Below, piece by piece: positions 29,006 through 39,092 of a stretch of DNA of 64,000 bases (position 1 is its first letter; each line of letters begins with the position of its first letter). Source of the DNA: Spirochaetia bacterium. Its GTDB lineage: Bacteria; Spirochaetota; Spirochaetia; SZUA-6; Bin103. The DNA is taken from NCBI GenBank assembly GCA_965203905.1, contig CBDBDQ010000005.1, positions 4,992,001 to 5,056,000 of the forward strand. The letters are read 5' to 3'. The notes beneath the pieces are model-generated. The model was not told where the DNA came from and did not search any database. It worked only from the letters and a program-made list of their open reading frames with translations. Both the position numbers and the translations under genes were made by a program.

Positions 29006-29962
29006 CTACCAGAGGGCGCTGTCAGCGTCGATCCGCCGCGCCACCCAGTTGGTGGTAGCCAGCATGATGAAGGCGATGATGTTCATGAACAGGCCGATGG
29101 CGGTAGCATAGGCATAGTTGAACTCCACCAGCCCTACGCGATAGGTGTACGTGCTGACAATGTCGGCGACCCGATACACCGCGGGATTGTAGAGATTCAT
29201 GATCTGGTCGAATCCGACCGTGATGAGATCGCCGGTGCGCAGGACGTATATCATCAGCACCATCGGCAGGATGCCGGGCAGCGTGATGTGGCGGGCCTGA
29301 ACGCGTCGGTTCCCGCCATCAATTTCGCAGGCAGCGTAGAGGTCCGGATCGATGTTGGCGATCGCCGCCAGAATCACGATGCTGCCCCAGCCGCTTTCCC
29401 GCCATATCGAGGAGATGATGACGATCGGTCTGAAGAACTCGGGCTGGAGCAGAAAATTGATCGGTTTGTCGCCAAGCGCCACGATGAAGTAGTTGAAGAG
29501 GCCATTGACCGGTGACAGAAGGTTGCGCACGATGCCGGCGACGACCACCCAGGAGAGGAAGTAGGGGAGGTAGGTCACGGTCTGCATGCCCTTCTTGAAT
29601 CGCAGGATGCGGACCTCGTTCAACAGCAGGGCAAAGATAATGGGGCAGGGCATGAAGAAGATGAGTCTGAGAAACGCGAGGACGAACGTATTGCCAAGCA
29701 CCTGGTAGAACTTGGAGCTGCCCATGAGGCGCTCGAAATGCTCGATACCGACCCACGGACTGCCCACGATACCCTGCAGAACCATGTACCTCTTGAAGGC
29801 GAGAGTGATGCCGTATATGGGTACGTAACTGTAGGTGATGAACCAGGCGATCGGGATGGCGAGCATCGCGAGGAGTTCCCAGTGCTGTTTCACCGCGCGC
29901 CAGAATTCGAAGAGATTCGATCGGCGTAGCGCAGTGTCAGGAAACTCCGTTGTGGATCTCAT
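29006..29962 (-). CDS. Carbohydrate ABC permease (LplB-like)
   Basis: YLPYFLSWVV, LYAACEIDGG. Confidence 0.92.
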   Translation of the reverse strand: MRSTTEFPDTALRRSNLFEFWRAVKQHWELLAMLAIPIAWFITYSYVPIYGITLAFKRYMVLQGIVGSPWVGIEHFERLMGSSKFYQVLGNTFVLAFLRLIFFMPCPIIFALLLNEVRILRFKKGMQTVTYLPYFLSWVVVAGIVRNLLSPVNGLFNYFIVALGDKPINFLLQPEFFRPIVIISSIWRESGWGSIVILAAIANIDPDLYAACEIDGGNRRVQARHITLPGILPMVLMIYVLRTGDLITVGFDQIMNLYNPAVYRVADIVSTYTYRVGLVEFNYAYATAIGLFMNIIAFIMLATTNWVARRIDADSALW

Positions 29963-30156
29963 GCGGATCCGCCGGCTCCGCGCTTCCCGGTTGGACTCTC
30001 GAAAGTGATCGATCGCGATTCCGGGCCGGTGCCCAATAGATACGGATGTTTGACCGGGTTATACGTAAGCCGCCCCTAATTACTGCCCGAGTCGAAAGTA
30101 TGCCAACGTAGCTCCGATGCATCACTGCGTCAAGCACGTGCCGCGCCTGGCGCGCC

Positions 30157-30930
30157 TCAACAGGCGAGGAAGCCGCCGTCGGCCACCAGGGTGGAGCCGG
30201 TCAGGAACGAGCTCTGGTCCGAGGCCAGGAAGACTGCGGCATCGCCGATGTCGCGCGGTTGGCCGGCGCCGAGCGGGGTGCGGCGGGTGTACCGGTACGG
30301 ACTGTCCGCGCTGCTCATCAGGTCGATGATCGGCTGCACGGTATCGGTTCGGATGAAACCCGGGGCGATGCAGTTGACGTTGATGCCGAAGTGCGCGAGC
30401 TCCAGCGCCATCACCCTGGTGAGACCGATCAGTCCCGCCTTCGACGCACAGTACACGGCGGCGAACTCCTCGCCCGTGAGGCCCATGACCGAGGAGATGT
30501 GAATGATCCTTCCGGAGCGCCGCTCGATCATCGGCCGCGCCGCTTCCTGCGAGCACAGAAACGCGCCCTTGAGATTCACGGCCATGACCGAGTCCCAGAG
30601 CTCGTCGCCCAGCTCCATGAACGAGCTGAACTTGGCCATGCCGGAGATGCCCGCGTTGTTGACCAGGATGTCGAGGCCACCGCCCCACTCCAGGGCGGCG
30701 GCCACCAGTTCCTGCACGCGCCCGCGCTCGGTGACGTCGGTGGCCACGCCGAGGCAGGTTGCTCCCTGGGCGGTGAGCTCGGCGGCGGCCTGCTCCGCGC
30801 GCTCAGCGCGGCGTTGGGCAATCACGACTTTGGCGCCCTCCTCGGCCAGCCGTTGCGCAATGCCGTAGCCGATGCCCACGCCACCCCCGGTAACGATCGC
30901 GACCTTCCCCTGCAGGCTCTTGTTCGGCAT
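30157..30930 (-). CDS. SDR oxidoreductase (FabG-like)
   Basis: Start MPNKSLQGK; TGGGVGIG, NNAG, YCASK. Confidence 0.9.
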   Translation of the reverse strand: MPNKSLQGKVAIVTGGGVGIGYGIAQRLAEEGAKVVIAQRRAERAEQAAAELTAQGATCLGVATDVTERGRVQELVAAALEWGGGLDILVNNAGISGMAKFSSFMELGDELWDSVMAVNLKGAFLCSQEAARPMIERRSGRIIHISSVMGLTGEEFAAVYCASKAGLIGLTRVMALELAHFGINVNCIAPGFIRTDTVQPIIDLMSSADSPYRYTRRTPLGAGQPRDIGDAAVFLASDQSSFLTGSTLVADGGFLAC

Positions 30931-30941
30931 CTCTAACCTCT

Positions 30942-31742
30942 TTACCTCGCCAGGTAGCCGCCGTCCACCACGATGACGGCGCCGGTCACGTACGACGACT
31001 CGTCGGAGGCCAGCCACAACGCCGTCTGGGCGACGTCGTCCGCGGCGCCGACATGGCCGAGCGCGGTGCGGGTGTGCCAGAACTCCCGCACCGTGGGATC
31101 GGCGTAGGAGCCGGCGGTCATCGGGGTGTCGATCGACCCGGGACAGATCACGTTGGCGCGGATCTTGTGCGGTCCCCAGGTGCTCGCAACACTGTACGTG
31201 AGGGAGATGATGCCGCCCTTGCTTGCGGCGTACGCGTCGAAGATGTCCTTGCCGGCGCGCAGCGCGGACACCGACGAGACGTTGATGATGGAGCCGCCGC
31301 CGGTCGCGCACAGGTGCGGGATGGCGTACTTGCAGCCGAGAAACGTGCCCTTGAGGTTGACGTCGATGATGCGGTCCCACGTCGCTTCGTCCAGGTCGGG
31401 GGCGGGGCCATCGGCGGGCAGCCACACGCCGGCGTTGTTGTACAGCACGTCGAGCCGGCCGTAGGAATCCACCGCCAACTGGACGGCGTCCGCCACCTCC
31501 GCTGCCCGTGACACGTCTGCCACGGTGCCCACCGCCTCGCCGTCCGCGCTGCGGATGGCGTCCACCGTGGCGGCCACGGCAGGCTCCCGGTTGTCGCACA
31601 GCGCGACGCGCGCCCCCTCGCGCGCAAACAGCAGCGCGGCGCTGCGTCCCATGCCGCTGCCGGCGCCAGAGATGAGGACCGCCTTGCCGCCGAGGCGCCC
31701 ACCCCGCGCATCACGCCCACCGCGGCCGTGCTCAGGCGCCAT
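30942..31742 (-). CDS. SDR oxidoreductase
   Basis: SGAGSGMG, NNAG, YAASK. Confidence 0.9.
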   Translation of the reverse strand: MAPEHGRGGRDARGGRLGGKAVLISGAGSGMGRSAALLFAREGARVALCDNREPAVAATVDAIRSADGEAVGTVADVSRAAEVADAVQLAVDSYGRLDVLYNNAGVWLPADGPAPDLDEATWDRIIDVNLKGTFLGCKYAIPHLCATGGGSIINVSSVSALRAGKDIFDAYAASKGGIISLTYSVASTWGPHKIRANVICPGSIDTPMTAGSYADPTVREFWHTRTALGHVGAADDVAQTALWLASDESSYVTGAVIVVDGGYLAR

Positions 31743-34700
31743 CTCGCCCCCTTCGCTCACCGTCGCCTGGCAGCGATCTGCCGCGCACCGTGCCCGCCAG
31801 CCCCACGGCACCGTGGCCGTCCACGGTCACGCGCACGCCATAGCGCCGCTCGGCCGCGGCAAGCGAGACGAGCCCCTGCGCCACGTCGCGCACCACCAGC
31901 CGCGGGTCGCGTTCGCGCGGATCGCCGTAGCCGCCGCCACCGGCGCTGTCGATGCGGATCTCGTCGCCGTGGGCAAGCGCCACGTTGGCGAACTTGGACG
32001 GACTGACCACGCCGAACGCGTCGACGAAGGTGCGATACTCGCGCTCGCCGCCGCGCCGCACCCAGATCCCACCGAGCCCACCCGCATCGCCCCCGGCCAG
32101 CCCCGCGGCTCCCTCCTTCACGTGATCCATCATCATGCTGACGGTGATCTCCGGCGCCGCGACCCGGAGCTCGCGCCGGGTGCCCAGGCCGCCGCGTCGC
32201 GTTCCCGGGCCGCCGGAATCCGGATTGAGGCCGTAGCCCAGCACCACGAACGGGAACATCGTCTCGAAGATCTCGACCGGCGTATTGCGGCAGTTGCCGT
32301 GAATGTGGTTCTGGGCGCTGTTGCCGTCGGTACGCCAGCGCCCGCCCCAGCCGCTCGCTTCGAAGTGGTAGTGCGCGTAGGCGGAGCCGGTGCGCGGATG
32401 CGCGCCGCCGAACAGGAAGTTGCACGACGTGGCGCCCTCGGAAGCCATGACCCGCTCCGGCACGGCCCTACTCAGCGCGCGCAGAATGACGCCGACGATG
32501 CGCGGCTGGCCTTCCGTGTTCCCACCCACCGATGGGCCGGGGTAGCGCACGTTCACCACGGACCCGGGGGGCGCGATGATCTCTATGGGCCGGTAGCATC
32601 CCGAGTTGCGCGGGATGTGGCTGCCCACGAGTTGCAGGACGGCGTTGTAGGTGGCGGAGGCGGTGGCGCCAAAGGTGGCGTTGATGGGACCCTGTGCCTG
32701 GGCGTCGGTGCCCGTGTAGTCGACCAGGAGCTGACCGTCCTGCACCACGACGGTGGCCCTGATGGTATACGGCCCGTCGCTGATGCCGTCATCTTCCATC
32801 TGCTCCTCGGCCGTGTACTCGCCGTCGGCGATGCCGCGGAGCTCGGCGCGCATCAGGCGCTCCGAATAGGCGATGAGCTGTTCCGTGGCGCGCAGCACCC
32901 GCCTGGTGCCGTAGTGCTGCAGCAGCTCCAGACAGCGGCGCTCGCCAACGTTCAAGGCGCCGAGCATGGCGTGAAAGTCGCCCCACGTGTTGCGCGGCGT
33001 TCGGTGGTTGGCGAGGATGATCCGCCACACCTCCCGGACGTACTCCCCGGCGCGCATCAGCTTGACCGGGGGCAGCCGCAGCCCTTCCTGGAACACCTCC
33101 GTGGCATCGCTGGCGAACGAGCCGACCACCTTGGCGCCGATCTCCGCCACGTGCCCGATCACGGCCACGAACATCACCAGTCGCCCGCCGTCGAAGACCG
33201 GCTTCAGCATCAGGTGCTCCGGCATGTGACACCCGCCCCGGTACGGGTCGTTGTGCACCACCACGTCGCCGGGCGCGAAGCTGTCGAGGCCCAGCTCCTC
33301 GATCGTCCAGCGCACCGCATGCGGAATGGCGCCGAGTTGCGCCGGGCAGAACTCGCCCTGGGCGATCATCTCACCCTGCGCATCGAAGACGGCGCACGAA
33401 AGGTCCTTCGACTCGCTGAAGATGGGGGAGTACGCCGTACGCATCATGGCCGTCCCCATCTCGCGGGTGATGTTCACCAGCCGGTGGTCGATGACCGACA
33501 TGGTGATGGCGTCGACCGGAGCATTCTCCGCGCCAGGGCCGGTGCTCCCGCTGCCCGTCGCGGCGGAGCTCTCCGGCGCGGTGATCCGGCAGATGCCTTC
33601 GGCGGTGACCGACAGCCGGTGGTCCGGGAGCAGGTAGATGGTGGAGTCCGGCTCCTCGATGACTGCTGGTCCGCCGATGGTAGTGCCGGCGCGCAGGTCG
33701 GCGCGACGGTAGATCGGGCACTCGATCCGGGCGCGGGGGGTGCCGAGGCAGACCCGTCTCATGCCACGCGGCGCCGGCGCCGCACCCGGCTCCAGCTTGG
33801 GCAGCGCCAGCCCTGCGCTTTGGCCAAGAGCTGTGACGTTGAAGTGGATGATCTCGATGGTCTCGTCGGGGAAGTGGTGACCGTAGAACCGGCGGTGCGA
33901 CTCGTGGAAACGATCGAGCAGCAACGCAAACATGTCACCGGTGATCGGTCCCGCCGGCACGGGGACATCGCGCTCGTAGTTCTGCCCCGCATAGCGCATG
34001 CCGATGGCGCGCAGCAGCCGCGGAGTGCCGGCGAACCCCTGGCCGGCGAGCTCCTCGGCGGCTTCAGCCGTGAGTCGCTGCAGCGTCGCGTCGATGGCCG
34101 CCGCGTCGGCGTCGTCCGAGCGATAGTACCTGCTCCAGCGCCGGTCGACCCGGGTGTCGGCCGCCAGCGCGCCGAATGCCGACGTGAGTCCCGGATGCGG
34201 CGGCACGATGACCTCGCGGATGCCGAGCGCAGCCGCGACCTCGCAGCCGTGGAGTGGCCCGGCACCGCCGAAGGCGACCAGCGCCAGCTCGCGGGGATCC
34301 ACGCCGCGGTCGAGGGTCAACACCCGAATGGCGTTCGCCATGTGCTCGTTGGCGAGGGTGATGATCGCGAGAGCGGTCTCCTCCGCGGTCATGCCGAGGC
34401 GCACCGCCAGCGTGTCCAGTCTGGCCTGCGCCAGATCCGGATGTAGCTCCATGTAGCCACCAAGGAAATACGCGGGGTCGAGCCGCCCGAGCAGCAGGTT
34501 GGCGTCGGTGACGGTGACCTCTTCGCCCCCGAGCCCGTAGCAGACCGGTCCGGGGGCGGCGCCGGCGCTGTGCGGGCCGACCCTGAGCATGCCGCCCTGG
34601 TCGATCCAGGCGATCGAGCCGCCGCCGGCGCCGATGGTGTGCAGGTCGACGCACGGCGCCGACACCGGAATGCTGAAGTCCAGCTCGTAGTCGGTGGTGT

Positions 34701-35616
34701 AGCCGATTTCGCCTCCAACGATCAGCGAGACGTCGGTGCTGGTGCCGCCCATGTCGAAGGTGACGACGTTGGCGCATCCCGCCAGCTCGGCGAAGTAGCG
34801 GCCTCCGATCACGCCACCGGACAGGCCCGAGAGCATGGTGTGGGCCGGTTGCCGCTTTGCCGCCTCCGCCCGCATCTGCCCGCCGTTGGACTTCATCACC
34901 GTTACGGCGCCCTGGAAGCCCTGCGCGTGGAGACCCCGCTCCAGCCCGCCGATCATCGCTTCCAGGCGCGGCCGCAGGTAGGCGTCGATGATGGTCGTGC
35001 TGGCACGCTCGTACTCGCGCCAGAGCGGCGAGATGTCGCTCGACACCGAGACCGGGACGCCCGGGAGCCGCTCCCGCAGCAACCGCGCCAGCGCGCGCTC
35101 GTGGACGGGATTCGCGTACGAGAAGAGGAGATTGACGGCGATGGCGACCCCGGCAACCGCGCACTCCAGCCGCTGCTCGACGGCGGCGGCCACGCCCTCC
35201 AGCTCGCCATCGGTGAGCGGACGCAGCACCGTGCCGTCGCTGGTGACGCGCTCGTCCACGCCGAGACAGTCGCGGCGCGCGACGAACGGCTGCGGCTTCA
35301 GCCACTGCAGGTCGTACGGGTCCTTCTTGTCGATGCGCTGGATGTAGGGGATGTCCTCGAAGCCGGCGGTGGTCAGATAGATGACCCGGGCACCGGAGCG
35401 CTGGAGCACGGCATTGGTGCCGACCGTGGTCCCGAGCACCAGCAGCGCCACCTGCTGGACCGGAACCTCGAGACGCGACAGCACGTCGAGCACCGCCTCC
35501 CCCGGGTCGTGCGGGGTCGATGGCCGCTTGGCGAACTGTAGCGCGCCCGTGCTCTCGTCCCGCGCCACCAGGTCGGTGAAGGTGCCCCCGGTATCGACCC
35601 CGACTCGCGAGCTCAT
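31732..35616 (-). CDS. Fused hydantoinase/5-oxoprolinase A+B (ATP-dependent amidohydrolase family)
   Basis: DTGGTFTD, DMGGTSTD, GAGGGS, then RTAYSPIFSE, NDPYRGGCH, GGGGYGDP. Confidence 0.92.
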   Translation of the reverse strand: MSSRVGVDTGGTFTDLVARDESTGALQFAKRPSTPHDPGEAVLDVLSRLEVPVQQVALLVLGTTVGTNAVLQRSGARVIYLTTAGFEDIPYIQRIDKKDPYDLQWLKPQPFVARRDCLGVDERVTSDGTVLRPLTDGELEGVAAAVEQRLECAVAGVAIAVNLLFSYANPVHERALARLLRERLPGVPVSVSSDISPLWREYERASTTIIDAYLRPRLEAMIGGLERGLHAQGFQGAVTVMKSNGGQMRAEAAKRQPAHTMLSGLSGGVIGGRYFAELAGCANVVTFDMGGTSTDVSLIVGGEIGYTTDYELDFSIPVSAPCVDLHTIGAGGGSIAWIDQGGMLRVGPHSAGAAPGPVCYGLGGEEVTVTDANLLLGRLDPAYFLGGYMELHPDLAQARLDTLAVRLGMTAEETALAIITLANEHMANAIRVLTLDRGVDPRELALVAFGGAGPLHGCEVAAALGIREVIVPPHPGLTSAFGALAADTRVDRRWSRYYRSDDADAAAIDATLQRLTAEAAEELAGQGFAGTPRLLRAIGMRYAGQNYERDVPVPAGPITGDMFALLLDRFHESHRRFYGHHFPDETIEIIHFNVTALGQSAGLALPKLEPGAAPAPRGMRRVCLGTPRARIECPIYRRADLRAGTTIGGPAVIEEPDSTIYLLPDHRLSVTAEGICRITAPESSAATGSGSTGPGAENAPVDAITMSVIDHRLVNITREMGTAMMRTAYSPIFSESKDLSCAVFDAQGEMIAQGEFCPAQLGAIPHAVRWTIEELGLDSFAPGDVVVHNDPYRGGCHMPEHLMLKPVFDGGRLVMFVAVIGHVAEIGAKVVGSFASDATEVFQEGLRLPPVKLMRAGEYVREVWRIILANHRTPRNTWGDFHAMLGALNVGERRCLELLQHYGTRRVLRATEQLIAYSERLMRAELRGIADGEYTAEEQMEDDGISDGPYTIRATVVVQDGQLLVDYTGTDAQAQGPINATFGATASATYNAVLQLVGSHIPRNSGCYRPIEIIAPPGSVVNVRYPGPSVGGNTEGQPRIVGVILRALSRAVPERVMASEGATSCNFLFGGAHPRTGSAYAHYHFEASGWGGRWRTDGNSAQNHIHGNCRNTPVEIFETMFPFVVLGYGLNPDSGGPGTRRGGLGTRRELRVAAPEITVSMMMDHVKEGAAGLAGGDAGGLGGIWVRRGGEREYRTFVDAFGVVSPSKFANVALAHGDEIRIDSAGGGGYGDPRERDPRLVVRDVAQGLVSLAAAERRYGVRVTVDGHGAVGLAGTVRGRSLPGDGERRGRDGA

Positions 35617-35864
35617 GGCGGCGAGTGGTCGTCGCCGGCGCCCGTGCGAGCGCCTGCTTCAACTGCTCCCCGCCCGTAGCGGGGCAGCCAGTACTCGCGG
35701 TACAGGCTGGCACACGCCGGCTTGCAGAACACCGGCCGCTGCCCATCCGACCCGCCGTCCGGCACCCACATGCGCCGGGCGATCATCCGCCCGCAGAGCT
35801 GGCAGTGGATGATCCTGGTCTCGTACCAGGGCGCCGCGATCGTCTGCCAACTGCCCTCCGCCAT
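35613..35864 (-). CDS. Small Cys4 putative zinc-binding protein coupled to the hydantoinase gene
   Basis: 83 aa; CQLC...CKPAC; ATGA overlap with the downstream gene. Confidence 0.65.
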   Translation of the reverse strand: MAEGSWQTIAAPWYETRIIHCQLCGRMIARRMWVPDGGSDGQRPVFCKPACASLYREYWLPRYGRGAVEAGARTGAGDDHSPP

Positions 35865-35901
35865 CTCAGGCAGTCAGGTTACGTCGCAGGCACGCGCACC
35901 A

Positions 35902-36837
35902 TCAACAGAGCGGGCCGTCGAGATTCCCGTCCCCGATCTCCACCTGCTCCAGGTGACTACTCCCGCATATGCCACCCTCCGGCGATACCGCTCGCTTGAC
36001 CTCTGATCCGTCGCTGGAGAGAAGCGGATGATAGAACTCCGCAATCTCCTCGCATCGTTCAGAGGCATAGTGGAATATGAGCGCTCTGCGCCATTGGTCG
36101 GCTGTGGTGTTGGGATAGCTTCCGTGGATGACCTGACCATTGAAGAACAGCACATCTCCCGGATCCATCTCCGCGGTTACCGGTTTGATATCATCCGGAA
36201 GCTTGAGACTCGCGCCGGAACCCCCCACGCCAAAGAGGTCACGTCGGTCCTCGTACTCGGCATCACACAAAAGCGGAAGCGGACCACTTCCCGGCACGAC
36301 ACTCAATGCACCGGTGTCAGAGTCGCATCTGTCCATGGCGATCCATGCCGCCATACAGGTCCCTGGCCGGACCGCCAGCGGATTGTTGTCCTGGTGCAGG
36401 CCCTGACCACGAGCTCCGGGTGGCTTGAAGTAGAACATGCTCTGCGCTGCAAGCGGCTCCTCTCCGGTGACAGCCCTGAGGAGATCCCAGATCCTCTGAT
36501 CAAGCAGATACTCGAGACATACCCTTCCGAGTTCGGAATCCGCCCTGTGCGGGTGGAGCATTCTCGGGTAGCGGAGCAATGGGTCATCTTCGTTTCCATT
36601 CTCCTGCTGCATCCATGGAGACCACGCTGCAGTCTCGCTGACACCGGGAACAGGTCCACGGTCGGCGGCGTCCATGACAACCGAAAGTATCGACTCCACC
36701 TCAGCCTGCGAAATGAGATTTCGGACGACTCCCACCCCCGACGAGCGGAAGGCGTTGAGCTCGTGTTGTGACGGTTTGAGTCCAAGCTCGGTAATCTGAT
36801 TGGACTGGTTCACCGTGCCGGTCGCTCTTCCTGCCAC
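35902..36837 (-). CDS. PhyH-family dioxygenase
   Basis: QSMFYFKPPG, LHQDN, HGS, RRALIFHY; GGAGG RBS before GTG. Confidence 0.88.
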   Translation of the reverse strand: MAGRATGTVNQSNQITELGLKPSQHELNAFRSSGVGVVRNLISQAEVESILSVVMDAADRGPVPGVSETAAWSPWMQQENGNEDDPLLRYPRMLHPHRADSELGRVCLEYLLDQRIWDLLRAVTGEEPLAAQSMFYFKPPGARGQGLHQDNNPLAVRPGTCMAAWIAMDRCDSDTGALSVVPGSGPLPLLCDAEYEDRRDLFGVGGSGASLKLPDDIKPVTAEMDPGDVLFFNGQVIHGSYPNTTADQWRRALIFHYASERCEEIAEFYHPLLSSDGSEVKRAVSPEGGICGSSHLEQVEIGDGNLDGPLC

Positions 36838-36893
36838 ATCGCCTCCGCGCGAACAATAACGAGTCGAGTGTAGCCGGTCGGTTGACCCTAAAG

Positions 36894-37220
36894 TCAATCG
36901 CGGGTATCGCGGTCGGCGATGCCGGACAGTTCGACCGGGGGCCGGTCGGGGAATCTCGCGATGAGCGAGAGGCGTCCGCCCCTCGCCTCCACCGTCCTGC
37001 GCAGCGTCGAGAGCAACAGGTCGCTGCGCTGCTCCAGCCGCGAGACACCGTCCTGGCTGATACCGAGTTCTCGCGCGACGCTGACCTGGGTGAGATGCCG
37101 GGCCTTGCGCAGCTCGCGCAGCGTCATCTCTTCGGCGATGAGTTCGGCGGTGCGATCTTCGATCTTGCGCCGTCGGGCGGGGTCGAGGCCAGCCATCATG
37201 TCGTCAAGGCTCACGGTCAT
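36894..37220 (-). CDS. XRE-HTH antitoxin (HigA-like)
   Basis: TLRELRKARHLTQVSVARELGISQDGVSRLEQRSDLLLSTL. Confidence 0.88.
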   Translation of the reverse strand: MTVSLDDMMAGLDPARRRKIEDRTAELIAEEMTLRELRKARHLTQVSVARELGISQDGVSRLEQRSDLLLSTLRRTVEARGGRLSLIARFPDRPPVELSGIADRDTRD

Positions 37221-37322
37221 CACGATCCTCCTGCATTGGCGAGTTGGGCGAGGTGCCGGTCGAACCGCTCGTCGGCCTTGCGGATGAGCGCACGCGTCGT
37301 GGAACTCTACCGACCAGCTCAT
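37220..37322 (-). pseudogene. Internally deleted RelE/HigB (Gp49-like) toxin
   Basis: N-terminus MSWSVEFHDA joined out of frame to C-terminus ALIRKADERFDRHL...* with a TGATG overlap; TTGACT-17-CATACT promoter upstream. Confidence 0.8.
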
Positions 37323-37519
37323 CCACGACACAGTATGTTGTCACAGGCATATGAAGTCAAGGCCATGCCACACACGTTTCACTGAGGACGGTTGTCCGGT
37401 CAGTCAGTCCGCGTTCGCCACGCCGCCTCTCTGGGCCTATCAACCCGTCGTACGCCGCCTACTGTCGCGATGGCGGCCACACACAACAGCTTGCCGGGCC
37501 GAACCCAGTAAGGATCCTG

Positions 37520-38714
37520 CTACATTATGCGTTCGGCGAGGAACAGCGCTCGGTCGGTAGCTTCGAGGATCGTGGCGACCTGGTAACAGTCGCCCAGGAG
37601 GTGGACATTGGCCCGGCCCGCGAGCTGGTCGGCCAGCGAGCGCTCGCACACCACTCCGGTGGCCATCACCAGCTCGCCCTCGGGAAGCTCGGTCGCCGAA
37701 CCATCGACGACGGTTACGTCCCTGACGCGTTCTCGCTCCACGCCCACTACGCGGGTACCGGTGCGTACATCGACCTGGTGGCGCTCGAGCTGCTCCTCGA
37801 AGTACTCCCGAAACGAGTGCGTCTCCCGCGCAGCGATAGTGCCGCTCTCCTCCACCAACGTTACCCGGTGGCCACGCTGGGCGAGGTGGACCGCCACCTC
37901 GCTTCCCGTGGAGCCGCCGCCGACAACCGTTACCGGCTTCCGCAGCTCGACCGCGCCGCTGAACACGTCCTCATACGTGATGAGCTCTGCGCCTTCGCTC
38001 TCGAAGGGCACGTGCGGCCTGGCTCCGGTCGCCAGGACCAGCACCTCCGGATCGAGCACCTCGACGAACTCCGCGGACACGCGGGTGCCGAGCCCCACCT
38101 CCAGGCCCCGCGTCTCGACCTGCTTCTCGTAGTAGGCGAGCAGCCAGCCCAACTCGCGCTTGAACTCCGGGGTCCGGCAGAACACGAGCTGGCCCCCGAT
38201 GCGCGGAGCCGCCTCCAGCACCCGCACGTCGTGGCCCTTTTCCTTGGCCATGAGGGCGAAGCTCAAGCCGGCGGGGCCGGCCCCGACCACCAGCACGCTC
38301 CGTTTGCGTGCGACGACCGTGCTCGTCGCCAGCAGCTTCTCGCGCCCGAGGTACGGGTTGACGTTGCAGCGCACGTCCAGGTCCTGATCGATCCGCTCGA
38401 TGCAGCCGTAGTTGCAGCCGATGCAGGGGAGGATCTCCTCTTCCTTCCCCTGTTGCACCTTGTTGGGCCACTCCGGGTCGGCGAGGAGCGCCCTGCCGAG
38501 CGACACGAAGTCGGCCTGGCCTTCCGCGATCACGCGCTCGGCCAGCTCGGGAGTCTTGATCCTGCCCACGGCAATCACCGGTATGCCGACGGCCTGCTTC
38601 ACGACCTGGATATCGGCGAGCAGGTTGCCTTGCGGCGCCATCGTCGGCGGGAAGATCAGCGATCCTGACTCGTAGGTACCGGCCGAGGTGTTGATGACGT
38701 CTGCCTTCACGTCC
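37520..38714 (-). pseudogene. C-terminal half of an Old Yellow Enzyme-type NADH:flavin oxidoreductase
   Basis: GRALLADP, CIGCNYGC...C cluster, GAGPAG and GGGSTG; N-terminal TIM barrel missing. Confidence 0.8.
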
Positions 38715-39088
38715 AAGGGGCTGTTCATCAGCGGCGAATGGGTCGGCGCTCATTCGCGAGAGACCATTACCAGCGTCAACCCTGCGTCAGTCCTATGGCG
38801 TGGTGGCCAAGATCAATCCGTTCAACGACCCCTTTCGCTTCTGCGCCGAAATGTCGGGGCCTGCGCTGGTCGCCGGCAATACGGTGGTGATCAAGGGACC
38901 GAAACAAGCGCCGTTGTCCAGCCTGAAGTTGCGAAGCTATGCCGGGGGGTATTCCCGCCCGCGGTGGTGAACATCGTGACCGGCGGCGGCGGGACTCAAG
39001 GAGGGCGACTATGTTCGATCGTGTGACCCCGCAGATGCGGATCGGCAGCGAGGAGATCTTTGGTCCGGTCATGGCGGTCATGAGCTGG
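38715..39088 (+). pseudogene. Heavily deleted aldehyde dehydrogenase
   Basis: Adjacent pieces LFISGEW..VNPA / YGVVAKINPFN..ALVAGNTVVIK..VVNIVTG / EEIFGPV. Confidence 0.8.
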
Positions 39089-39092
39089 TCCG

